Below are positions 35,020-42,797 of a stretch of DNA of 64,000 bases, piece after piece (position 1 is the first letter of the stretch; each line of letters begins with the position of its first letter). The DNA comes from Candidatus Eiseniibacteriota bacterium. Lineage in GTDB: Bacteria > Eisenbacteria > RBG-16-71-46. Below the pieces are notes generated by a model. It saw only the letters and a program-made list of their open reading frames with translations. It ran no database searches and was not told the origin of the DNA. Where the stretch lies: the NCBI GenBank assembly GCA_036507005.1, contig DASXQT010000070.1, positions 18,817 to 82,816 of the forward strand, written 5' to 3'. The position numbers and the translations under genes were made by a program.

Positions 35020-38000
35020 CCTGTTCCGTAAGGCGGCGAGTCCTCGCGCACCTGCATCGGCTTCGTCATCGCGTTCACCGCCAAGTAGTAGTGGGCCACC
35101 TTCGTCACCTCGTTCCAGTCGAGGCGCGCCGGGTCACGAATCGGCTCCTGGAGTCGAGGAGCATTGTCGCAGTCGGTGACGACGTAGAGCCAGAAACAGT
35201 CGGGGCGGTCTTCTGCCACGCGCCGCTCATTGGGCGTGAGCAGTATTGTGCCGGTCGCTGCGCCAAGCCCCTTCACCTCGATGAGGCGCAGCTCTCCGGA
35301 GGCCAGATCGAGGCTCGTGACGTCGTAGCCCAGATTCTTCTCGGAGACGTCGTAGACCTGCCGGCCCTGCGCCCTCTCGCGCTCCATGACCACGCGCATG
35401 GCGATGGCTTCGGTCTCGAAGTTCGGCCTGAGACGCCGGACCTCTGGCGCCTCGCGCTCAGGGTGCGGCAGCGCGAGGACGCTCGCGAGCCGCTCGACCG
35501 CCTGGAGCGTGAGCGCCCGCTGGCGATCGAGGTCGACCCTGCGGCGCTCGCGGCGGGCCAGCAGCTCCGCGTGGCGCGCTTCAGCCTGTGCGAGCCGTCC
35601 CTCGGCACCGGGAAGCTTCTGTTCCACGTCGGCCGCGGCGCGGCCGATCTCCTCGTCCGCGCGCTGGAGCAGCTCGGTGAGCGAAAGCTCGACGTGGGCG
35701 CTGACCCGCTCGACCTCGGAGAGGCGTTCCTTGCGGGTCTCTTCGAGGAACGGTGCGAGCGCGTGCTCGTGGAGCCAGGTCGTCGCCTCGGGGAGGGTCG
35801 CGACCGCGGGCATCTGGGCCGGCGGGTCTGCAGGCGCGAAGTTGCCAAGCAGGCCAGGCTCCTGGAGCCGAGGTTCGCCGTCCTCGGGGATCTCCACCGC
35901 GAACAGCCGCTCGTGGACCACCTGCCCGAGTCCGTCCACCACGCGCGCCCGGTAGAAGTCGATGCGCGCCGGGTTTTCGTGCTGGAGCGAGTGGAAGGTC
36001 GCGCCCGTGCCGAGCACGTCGACCGCCCGCGCGTGGGTGTGCCGCCGGATCGCCTCGAAGAGCGGATGACCGGGCGTGACCCACTCCAGCTTCTCGGTCT
36101 CGGCGGCCTCGCGGTCCGTGGAGCAGCGCGGATAGCGGTCCGCGAGCGCGGGAAGCTTCCAGTCCTGGTCCTTCTCGTAACGACGAAGGATCGAGGGCGT
36201 GCGCGCCGGCTCGAAGGCGTGCGGCACGCTCGGGATGGTCTTGAGGGTGAGCGGCACAAACTCGGCCGCCTCACGGAGAAAACGCGCGATGGTCTCCGGC
36301 ACGACCCGCCGCTCTTGCGCCTGCGCGCGCCGCTCGATCAGCATCTCGAGGTTGAGCTTCTTGCTTGCGAGGCCCTCGAGGGCGTTTTGGCAGATGGCGC
36401 GGAACTGCGCTTCGTCCACATCGCGGAGCATGCGCTCCTCGAGATCCGCGTCGCCGAGCTTGCCGGCGTAGTAGTCGCGCAGCACGCGTTCGACGTGGGC
36501 TGCAGGCAGGACCTCGCCGACGACGTTGAAGACGGCGTCATCGTCCAGCGCGTCGCGAATCTCCTGCAGCTTTTCGTGCAGCCGCTGCAGGACGCGGCCC
36601 TCGATGGTGTTCGTAGCCACGAAGTTGAAGATCAGGCAGTCCTTGCGCTGCCCGTAGCGGTGGATGCGGCCCATCCGCTGCTCGAGGCGGTTCGGGTTCC
36701 ACGGGATGTCGTAGTTGAAGAGGATGTTGCAGACCTGGAGGTTGATCCCCTCGCCCGCGGCCTCGGTGGCAACAAGAACCTGGATCTCACCTTCGCGGAA
36801 CTGCTGCTCGGCGTGGAGGCGGGTGCCCGGCTCGTCACGCGACCCCGGCTTCATGCCGCCGTGGATGTAGCCGACGCGGAAACCCCACGACTTGAGTCGA
36901 TCAACGAGGTAGTCCAATGTGTCCTTGAACTCGGTGAAGAGAAGCAGTCGCTGGTCCGCGTGGTCGAAGAAGCCCTGCTCGTGGAGCAGGGCCTTGAGAT
37001 TCGAGAGCTTGGCCTCGGTGCCCGCGTCCTCGACCACCTGCGCCTGGGCCGCGAGGTGTCGCAGCTCCTCGACCTCGTTGCGAACCTGCTCCGCGCTCCC
37101 GGCGAGCGTGATGGCCTCGAGCATGGTTTCGAGCCGCTCGCGCTCGCTCTCCTCCATCTCCTCCAGCTCCTCCGGATCGGGGAGATCCGGCGGCGCCAAA
37201 CGCGCCAACTCCTGCGCTCGCTTAAGCCCCTCTTCAAGGCGTCGCACCCGATTCTCAAGCGACCGCCGCATGGCATGCGTGCTGGAAGCAAGCCGACGCT
37301 GGTAGAGCGACATCAGGAAGCCGATTGCCCGGGCGCGTGGATCTTCGCCCCCGGCCGCCGCGCGAGCGCTCTCACGCTTCACGAAGCGCGTTACGTCCCG
37401 GTACAGCTCGAACTCCGCCCCGTCGATCTGGAAGTCCACCGTGTGCGGAATCCGCTTGGTGAAGATCGGCTTGGCGGCCCAGCTGCCGTCCGTCTGCCGC
37501 TCCGGGAAATAGACCATTGCCTCTTTGGTCCGGCGCAGATAGAACGGCGCGCGCCGCTGGTCCATCGCTTGGCGGATGGACCGGACGTCCGCGTACGCGT
37601 CGGCATCGAGGAGCTGCAGGAAAAGGCTGAAGTTTTTTGGGTCGCCCTTGTGCGGGGTCGCTGTGAGCAGCAGGAGGTGGTCGGAGATGTCGCGCAGCAG
37701 CTCCCCCAGCCGGTAGCGCAGGCTCTTGTGCGACTCGTCCGCCGCCGACATGCGGTGCGCCTCGTCGACGATGACGAGATCCCAGTGGACCTGCCGCAGC
37801 CCGGGCAAGATCTCGCTGCGTTTGGCTAGGTCGAGGGACGTGATGAGCCGGTTCCGCTCCAGCCACTGGTTCACGCCGAACTGATCGCGGATGTCCTGGC
37901 CCTTGAGCACGAGGAACTTCGCGTCGAACTTCTCTTTGAGCTCGCGCTGCCACTGGAACGCGAGGTTGGCCGGACAGACGATGAGAATGCGCTCGGCGAG

Positions 38001-38450
38001 TCCGCGCAGCTCGAGCTCACGAATCAGTAGCCCCGCCATGATGGTCTTCCCCGCCCCGGCGTCGTCGGCGAGGAGGAAGCGCACGCGTGGCAGCTTCAGC
38101 AGGTGGTCGTAGATCGCCTCGAGTTGGTGCGGCAGCGGATCCACGCGAGAGATCGAAAGCCCGAAGTATGGATCGAACTCGTAGGCGATACCGAGGGCGT
38201 AGGCCTGGAGACCCAGCCGGAGGAGGCGTCCGTCGCCAGCGAAGGAATGCCGGGCGTCCAGGACCGCGAGGCGCTCGATCTCTTCGGCGCTGAGCGTCAC
38301 TTTGCGGAAGCGCTCCGATTGTGTGCCGACCATCCCAACGACCCAACTCGCCGGGCCATTGGGTTGCACAGTCTCGACGCGCATCGGCTCGTTGAAGTGC
38401 GGGCCGGTGAGGATCTGGCCCGGGTGCAGGGGTGGGGTTCCAACCGTCAT
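35013..38450 (-). CDS. SNF2-family helicase with C-terminal DUF3883 (PD-(D/E)xK-like) domain
   Basis: Motif I LADDAGAGKT, motif II VIVDEAHRM, motif III LLLTATP, motif VI QRMGRIHRYGQ. The C-terminal YDVTSLD...LRLIEVKG...CFWLYVV is DUF3883-like. The start is uncertain (ATG 38450, 38480 or 38543). Confidence 0.85.
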   Translation of the reverse strand: MTVGTPPLHPGQILTGPHFNEPMRVETVQPNGPASWVVGMVGTQSERFRKVTLSAEEIERLAVLDARHSFAGDGRLLRLGLQAYALGIAYEFDPYFGLSISRVDPLPHQLEAIYDHLLKLPRVRFLLADDAGAGKTIMAGLLIRELELRGLAERILIVCPANLAFQWQRELKEKFDAKFLVLKGQDIRDQFGVNQWLERNRLITSLDLAKRSEILPGLRQVHWDLVIVDEAHRMSAADESHKSLRYRLGELLRDISDHLLLLTATPHKGDPKNFSLFLQLLDADAYADVRSIRQAMDQRRAPFYLRRTKEAMVYFPERQTDGSWAAKPIFTKRIPHTVDFQIDGAEFELYRDVTRFVKRESARAAAGGEDPRARAIGFLMSLYQRRLASSTHAMRRSLENRVRRLEEGLKRAQELARLAPPDLPDPEELEEMEESERERLETMLEAITLAGSAEQVRNEVEELRHLAAQAQVVEDAGTEAKLSNLKALLHEQGFFDHADQRLLLFTEFKDTLDYLVDRLKSWGFRVGYIHGGMKPGSRDEPGTRLHAEQQFREGEIQVLVATEAAGEGINLQVCNILFNYDIPWNPNRLEQRMGRIHRYGQRKDCLIFNFVATNTIEGRVLQRLHEKLQEIRDALDDDAVFNVVGEVLPAAHVERVLRDYYAGKLGDADLEERMLRDVDEAQFRAICQNALEGLASKKLNLEMLIERRAQAQERRVVPETIARFLREAAEFVPLTLKTIPSVPHAFEPARTPSILRRYEKDQDWKLPALADRYPRCSTDREAAETEKLEWVTPGHPLFEAIRRHTHARAVDVLGTGATFHSLQHENPARIDFYRARVVDGLGQVVHERLFAVEIPEDGEPRLQEPGLLGNFAPADPPAQMPAVATLPEATTWLHEHALAPFLEETRKERLSEVERVSAHVELSLTELLQRADEEIGRAAADVEQKLPGAEGRLAQAEARHAELLARRERRRVDLDRQRALTLQAVERLASVLALPHPEREAPEVRRLRPNFETEAIAMRVVMERERAQGRQVYDVSEKNLGYDVTSLDLASGELRLIEVKGLGAATGTILLTPNERRVAEDRPDCFWLYVVTDCDNAPRLQEPIRDPARLDWNEVTKVAHYYLAVNAMTKPMQVREDSPPYGTGC

Positions 38451-38563
38451 GCTGCCGCGACCTTCAAGGACACTCCCCATTCCGACTCTGGCGGGTTGTC
38501 GAAACGCCGGCAGGCCCTCGCACCGTCGGGACACCCACCGCAACCGACCAGCTCCATCAACTC

Positions 38564-38592
38564 TTGCGCCCGTTAGCTGAGTAAGCTAGCGT
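38564..38592 (+). promoter_or_regulatory. Candidate sigma-70-type promoter for the XRE/ImmA pair (near-leaderless)
   Basis: TTGCGC-N17-TAGCGT, 8 nt before ATG 38601. This is the same -10 hexamer as both fpg copies. A small TAGCT-N5-AGCTA palindrome overlaps the spacer. It lies in the divergent region shared with the helicase operon. Confidence 0.35.
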
Positions 38593-38600
38593 TGCTTCCG

Positions 38601-38981
38601 ATGGCACGTCAAGAGGTGACTCTGGGCAGCGAAATCCGACGGCTCCGGTCACTCTCGGGGTCGACCCTTCGGGGCTTCGCAAAGCGGATCGGCGTATCGG
38701 CGCCGCACCTCTCCGACATCGAGCATGATCGCCGCCGGCCATCGAAGGAACTGCTGAAGAAGATCGCCCACGAGCTGCGTTCCGTGGGGGCGACCTACGA
38801 GGCGCTCGACAAGCTGGACCCACGTCCGGAAAAAGATGTGCGCGAGTGGGCCGCTGAGACACCTGAAGCGAGGACCATGCTGCGCATGGCGCGTGATGCG
38901 ACCGAGTCGGGCCGCCCGATGGCGGACGTACTCAAGAAACTGGAGCGCGCACTGAAGCAGCGGCGTGGGAGGGGCGACTGA
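38601..38981 (+). CDS. XRE-family HTH transcriptional regulator (CapH-like)
   Basis: LGSEIRRLRSLSGSTLRGFAKRIGVSAPHLSDIEHDRRRPS is a canonical XRE HTH. It is followed by an ImmA-type peptidase gene. Confidence 0.8.
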   Translation: MARQEVTLGSEIRRLRSLSGSTLRGFAKRIGVSAPHLSDIEHDRRRPSKELLKKIAHELRSVGATYEALDKLDPRPEKDVREWAAETPEARTMLRMARDATESGRPMADVLKKLERALKQRRGRGD

Positions 38982-39052
38982 AGATCACCTCCGATTCATC
39001 GAGCCCGTGGGGCCGTCGGGTCTGGTTCGACGACCGCGACTTCGACGGCATC

Positions 39053-39721
39053 ATGGAGGAGGTGCGCGCCCGAGTCGGCCCGGACGTCTTCGCGCCGGGG
39101 GCGGGCGTTGACGTTGACGCGGTGCTCGAGCACGCGTTCGGCGTGGTTCCGGATTTTGTGGACCTCCCTGAAGGTCTGCTGGGGCGCACGCACTTCGCAG
39201 CGGACGGACAGTTCACAGTTGAAGTGAGCCGCGTCCTTTCAGAGCGTGCAGAGCACGATCACGTCGCGCGTCGGCGCCTGCGGAGCACGCTTGGGCACGA
39301 GTGCGGCCACGGCGCCTACCATGCCCATCTCCACCTCGCCGACGAGAAGACCTTGTCGCTCTTTGGAGACTCCACCACTCCGCGCGCGGCGCGTATCCTG
39401 TGCCGCCACGAAAGCGTCGACGCGGTGTCGGCGGGCGCAAGGCCCCGATACAACGGGCACTGGTGGGAGTACCAAGCCAACCGCGGTATGGCAGCACTTC
39501 TCCTGCCCCGACGCCACTTCGCCGATCGGGTCAGCACCGCTTGCGCCACGCGGGGTGTCGCCACCGTCGAGGCGGTCGTGCGCACCGGCGAGGGCGAGCC
39601 GCTCGTGCGAGCGCTAGCGGACGTGTTCGACGTGAACCCGGTCATGGTGCTCTACCGGCTACAGGACCTCGGCTACCTGCCCCGGGACGTGTCGCAGGAG
39701 GTGCTGAGTCTCACGGATTGA
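39053..39721 (+). CDS. ImmA/IrrE-family zinc metallopeptidase (CapP-like)
   Basis: HEXXH motif LGHECGHGAYH. The size and its position after an XRE gene fit the family. The frame is open back to about 38897 without a canonical start, so the N-terminus is uncertain. Confidence 0.7.
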   Translation: MEEVRARVGPDVFAPGAGVDVDAVLEHAFGVVPDFVDLPEGLLGRTHFAADGQFTVEVSRVLSERAEHDHVARRRLRSTLGHECGHGAYHAHLHLADEKTLSLFGDSTTPRAARILCRHESVDAVSAGARPRYNGHWWEYQANRGMAALLLPRRHFADRVSTACATRGVATVEAVVRTGEGEPLVRALADVFDVNPVMVLYRLQDLGYLPRDVSQEVLSLTD

Positions 39722-39725
39722 TGAT

Positions 39726-39757
39726 GTTGTTGTTGTTGTCGTTGTTTTTTTTTTTTT
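39726..39757 (+). repeat. (GTT)n microsatellite running into a T13 homopolymer
   Basis: GTTGTTGTTGTTGTCGTTG followed by 13 consecutive T (39745-39757). It starts right after the ImmA stop and ends 112 nt upstream of the protease ATG. Confidence 0.9.
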
Positions 39758-39868
39758 GCGGTTGGCGTTACTGAAGTGTGCTAACGTCAGGGAATAGTCG
39801 GTGGTTGCCCGCCGCCGGCGCTCGCGGCCCGCACGCGGGGACCAGGGCCACAAGAGGAGTACGCCACC

Positions 39869-41092
39869 ATGGCGTTTGATCCAAAGGACGGACGTGAGCG
39901 GCGCCGAGAGCTCCTGAGGAAGATCGGCCAGATTCGCGGGTCGTCAGTTATTGGTTACATCTGTTCTGACCGGCAACACCCATTCGCGTTCGCAGCCATC
40001 TCAGCAGACATCATCAGGCCGATGTACGACCACCTCTTGGCACTTGGCAACCTTTCGTCGGAGAAGGGGAAGCTCGACCTCTTCATCTACAGCAGGGGCG
40101 GGGACGTCTCGGTTCCTTGGACGCTTGTCAGCATGGTGCGTGAGTGCTACCAGCACTTCAACGTGCTCATTCCGTTCCGGGCGCACAGCGCTGCGACGAT
40201 GATCGCCATCGGCGCCGACAACATCATCATGGGCCGCAAGGGAGAGCTCGGTCCGATCGATCCAACGCTTTCACGGCAGTCGCAGGTGGGCGCACCGCCG
40301 GCCGAGATCCCCGTGGAAGACGTGTCCTCCTACTTGAACTTCATCAAGGAGCGTGCAGGGATCACCGATCAGTCGGCGCTTGCACAGTGCACAACGAGTC
40401 TCGCGGAGCAGCTCCAGCCGCTGACACTCGGGTCAGTCAACCGCATGTACAGCCACATCCGGTCGGTGGCGAAGAAGCTCCTCACCGCCCGAGCGGACAA
40501 GAAGCTCGACGAGGAGCGCATCCGCGTCATCACCGAGGTCCTGACGGAGAAGATCTACTATCACGGGCACAGCATCAGCCGCCGCGAAGCGCAGGAGTTG
40601 GGCCTTGCTGTGGCCGAGGACGTCTCCGGGGAGCTGGAGACGCTCATGTGGGCGCTCTTCGAAGAGTACGAGCGGTTTTTGCAGCTCCGCGAGCCGATCG
40701 ACCCGATGTACCTGCTGGATCAGGGAAAGGCGGAGGAACTCTCACTCAAGGACGTGGCGATCGGGTGCATCGAGTCAGACCAAGGGCTGCACCTCTTCCA
40801 GCACGACATCACGTTTGCTCGGCAGCGCAGAATCCCGCCGAACCCAAACATCAACATCAACCTGAACCTTCAAATGCCACAGCCCGCGGGCTTGCCGGCG
40901 GGGGCCCCGATGCCGATGCCCGCCCTGCCGCAGCAAGTAGTGGATCAGCTCATGCAGCAGATCCAGCAGACCGTCCGGCAGCAAATCATCCAGCAGTCCG
41001 AAGTCGTCGGACTTCAGGTGCGGATGGCCAACGGTTCGTGGCGGGAGATCGAACTAACGAAGAGCGGTGGCGCCGGGGACGGAAAGTCGTAG
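39869..41092 (+). CDS. SDH-family Clp-fold (S49/SppA-like) serine proteinase with Q/N/P-rich C-terminal tail
   Basis: KLDLFIYSRGGDVSVPW...LIPFRAHSAATMIAIGADNIIMGRKGELGPIDPTL matches the serine-dehydrogenase-proteinase (Clp-fold) family. The tail reads PNPNININLNLQMPQP...QQVVDQLMQQIQQTVRQQIIQQ. Confidence 0.75.
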   Translation: MAFDPKDGRERRRELLRKIGQIRGSSVIGYICSDRQHPFAFAAISADIIRPMYDHLLALGNLSSEKGKLDLFIYSRGGDVSVPWTLVSMVRECYQHFNVLIPFRAHSAATMIAIGADNIIMGRKGELGPIDPTLSRQSQVGAPPAEIPVEDVSSYLNFIKERAGITDQSALAQCTTSLAEQLQPLTLGSVNRMYSHIRSVAKKLLTARADKKLDEERIRVITEVLTEKIYYHGHSISRREAQELGLAVAEDVSGELETLMWALFEEYERFLQLREPIDPMYLLDQGKAEELSLKDVAIGCIESDQGLHLFQHDITFARQRRIPPNPNININLNLQMPQPAGLPAGAPMPMPALPQQVVDQLMQQIQQTVRQQIIQQSEVVGLQVRMANGSWREIELTKSGGAGDGKS

Positions 41093-41757
41093 ATCAGTAG
41101 TGCCCGCCGACGTGCTCGGAGTGCCGTAGAGGATGAAGGGGCTGGGCTCTGGCGACGGTTGCGCGGGCGCTTGTTCAGGCTGCGGCGCTGCCTCGCGGAT
41201 ACTGATCCGCACAGATGGCGCCTGGACCATCTCGATCGTGACCTGTGCGTTGATCAATTGCCGCCTCCGAGGCAAGGGAGAAGTACTGGGCTGCCTAGCT
41301 TAGCAGGTTGTCGGCGGCCAGCCGACCTCCCTTTAGTGCATGTTACCCCAGACGGGCCTCTTCCGTTCCCTTGTCAAAGAATGATGGAGTTCATTCTACA
41401 CCCTGGCGAGACCCCCAGGGGCCCGTCGGGGGCCGCAACAAGGCGGCCCCCCGACCCAACGTCAGCCCCGGCGGCGCCCGAGAACGGGCCGAGGAGACGC
41501 CCCGGCAGCAGCGCCGGCGGATAGTACTCCACGTCCTTGACGGTCCGCGGAACGCCGCGCAAGGCTGCAAGTTCTTGCTATTCTTGTGCGACGATAACGG
41601 CGACGTGGGCTTCGTGCCACACGGCCGCTGAGTGGCGCCTTGCTTTGACACCCGGTCTGGCAGCCGCCGGGCCGCGTTGCCTCTCGGGGTGGCCCCCTAC
41701 GCGAGGACTAGTTGCATCATCGCGCCTTAGGGTGACGCGCTCGCATCTGCGCGCCCC

Positions 41758-41786
41758 TTGACGCTCCGCCGCCCTCCTCCTAGCGT
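41758..41786 (+). promoter_or_regulatory. Candidate promoter of the fpg pseudogene copy (leaderless geometry)
   Basis: TTGACG-N17-TAGCGT, 6 nt before ATG 41793. It is a duplicate of the arrangement at 42762-42791. Confidence 0.4.
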
Positions 41787-41792
41787 CGCCCC

Positions 41793-42325
41793 ATGCCCGA
41801 GCTGCCCGAAGTCGAAACCGTGCGCCGCATGCTCGAGACCCACGTCGTGGGGCGCACTGTGCGCGCGGTGCGGCTCTCGGGGCTCGCGCTTCGCGAGCAG
41901 GTGTCCCGCGGCCTTGCGCGTGGGCTGCGGGGGCGCTCGATCCGCGGCGTGTCGAGGCGCGGGAAGTTCCTCGTCTTCGAGCGGGACGAGGGGCTGGCGC
42001 TCCTCTCCCGCCTCGGCATGAGCGGCCGCTGGCTCTTCTCGGACGGCGAGCGGGTCGAGCCGCTCCCCCACATCCACGCGCGCATCGGCTTCACCGACGG
42101 CATCGAGTTGCGCTTCCGGGATCCGCGGCGCTTCGGGCTTCTCCGCCTGGTGCGCGCCGAGCAGCTCGCGCGCGATCGCGCGATCGCATCGACCCGATCG
42201 CGAGCCCGCCCACGGGCGACTCGCTGCGAGCGCGCGCCCGCGGGCTCACGGCGAGCGTCAAGAGCTCCTGCTCGAATACGGCGATCCGCTCCGCGTCTAC
42301 GACCGCGCGCGCGCGCCCTGCGATC
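41793..42325 (+). pseudogene. Decayed copy of fpg/mutM (intact N-terminal ~128 codons, then frameshift and large internal deletion)
   Basis: PELPEVETVRRMLE...RFGLLRLV aligns with the intact copy at roughly 80-85% nucleotide identity. A short (about 8-nt) deletion after CGCGATCGC shifts the frame. Similarity then jumps to the ...VYDRARAPC region, so the H2TH and most of the zinc finger are missing. Confidence 0.75.
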
Positions 42326-42404
42326 CCCCCAACTTCTCCCGCATGAACGCCAACATCGCGCCGAGCGGCGCCGGCGAACGTGCCGAGCGATGGAGGAGAC
42401 GAAA

Positions 42405-42698
42405 ATGGTGATGACCATTCTCGAGGCGCGGGTAGCCCCGGAACGCGTGGGCGATCTCGAGCGCGCCTATCGGGAGGCGGTCCTGGAGTTCCCGCCGGGC
42501 CTCGTCGAGACGTTCCTCGCCCGCGACACGGGCGATCCGGCGGTCTTCCGCATCATGACCGTGTGGGCCAGCCGCGATGCGCTGGAGAAGATGCGCGCCT
42601 CGGGCGTGAAGCCCAAGGGCGTGCAGATCTTCGAGGCAGCGGGAGCCACACCGACGCTGTCGATCTTCGAGGTGGTCCAAAAGGCCGGCGTAAGCTAG
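42405..42698 (+). CDS. Small ABM/Dabb-fold (antibiotic-biosynthesis-monooxygenase-like) protein
   Basis: GGAGGAG lies 6 nt upstream of ATG 42405. The 97-aa product MVMTILEARVAPERVGDLERAYREAV...FRIMTVWASRDALEKM fits the ferredoxin-like ABM pattern. Confidence 0.5.
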   Translation: MVMTILEARVAPERVGDLERAYREAVLEFPPGLVETFLARDTGDPAVFRIMTVWASRDALEKMRASGVKPKGVQIFEAAGATPTLSIFEVVQKAGVS

Positions 42699-42761
42699 CC
42701 GCCTGCGCGGCCCGCCCACGTGGCGCGCGGCTGAGCCTCGGCGCCCCGCACGGCCCCCGGG

Positions 42762-42791
42762 TTGACGCTGCGGGAGCGCGCCCCCTAGCGT
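42762..42791 (+). promoter_or_regulatory. Candidate promoter of intact fpg (leaderless geometry)
   Basis: TTGACG-N18-TAGCGT, 6 nt before ATG 42798. No Shine-Dalgarno is present. Confidence 0.4.
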
Positions 42792-42797
42792 CGCCCC

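Noticed and set aside
39745-39757. The T13 tract considered as the U-tract of an intrinsic terminator for the XRE/ImmA operon.
   Set aside because: No GC-rich stem-loop precedes it. The upstream sequence is a GTT microsatellite.
41054-41275. 73-aa minus-strand ORF downstream of, and overlapping, the protease gene.
   Set aside because: It has a TTG start, overlaps the convergent protease 3' end by about 38 nt, is Pro/Ala-rich and has no recognisable similarity. It is kept only as part of the unexplained border region.
41793-42698. The single 301-aa ORF read as a genuine Fpg-ABM fusion protein.
   Set aside because: The middle ~70 residues are an Arg-rich frameshifted read-through of fpg sequence. 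The H2TH and zinc-finger parts are deleted, and the ABM part has its own RBS and ATG. A pseudogene plus a separate small gene is more parsimonious.
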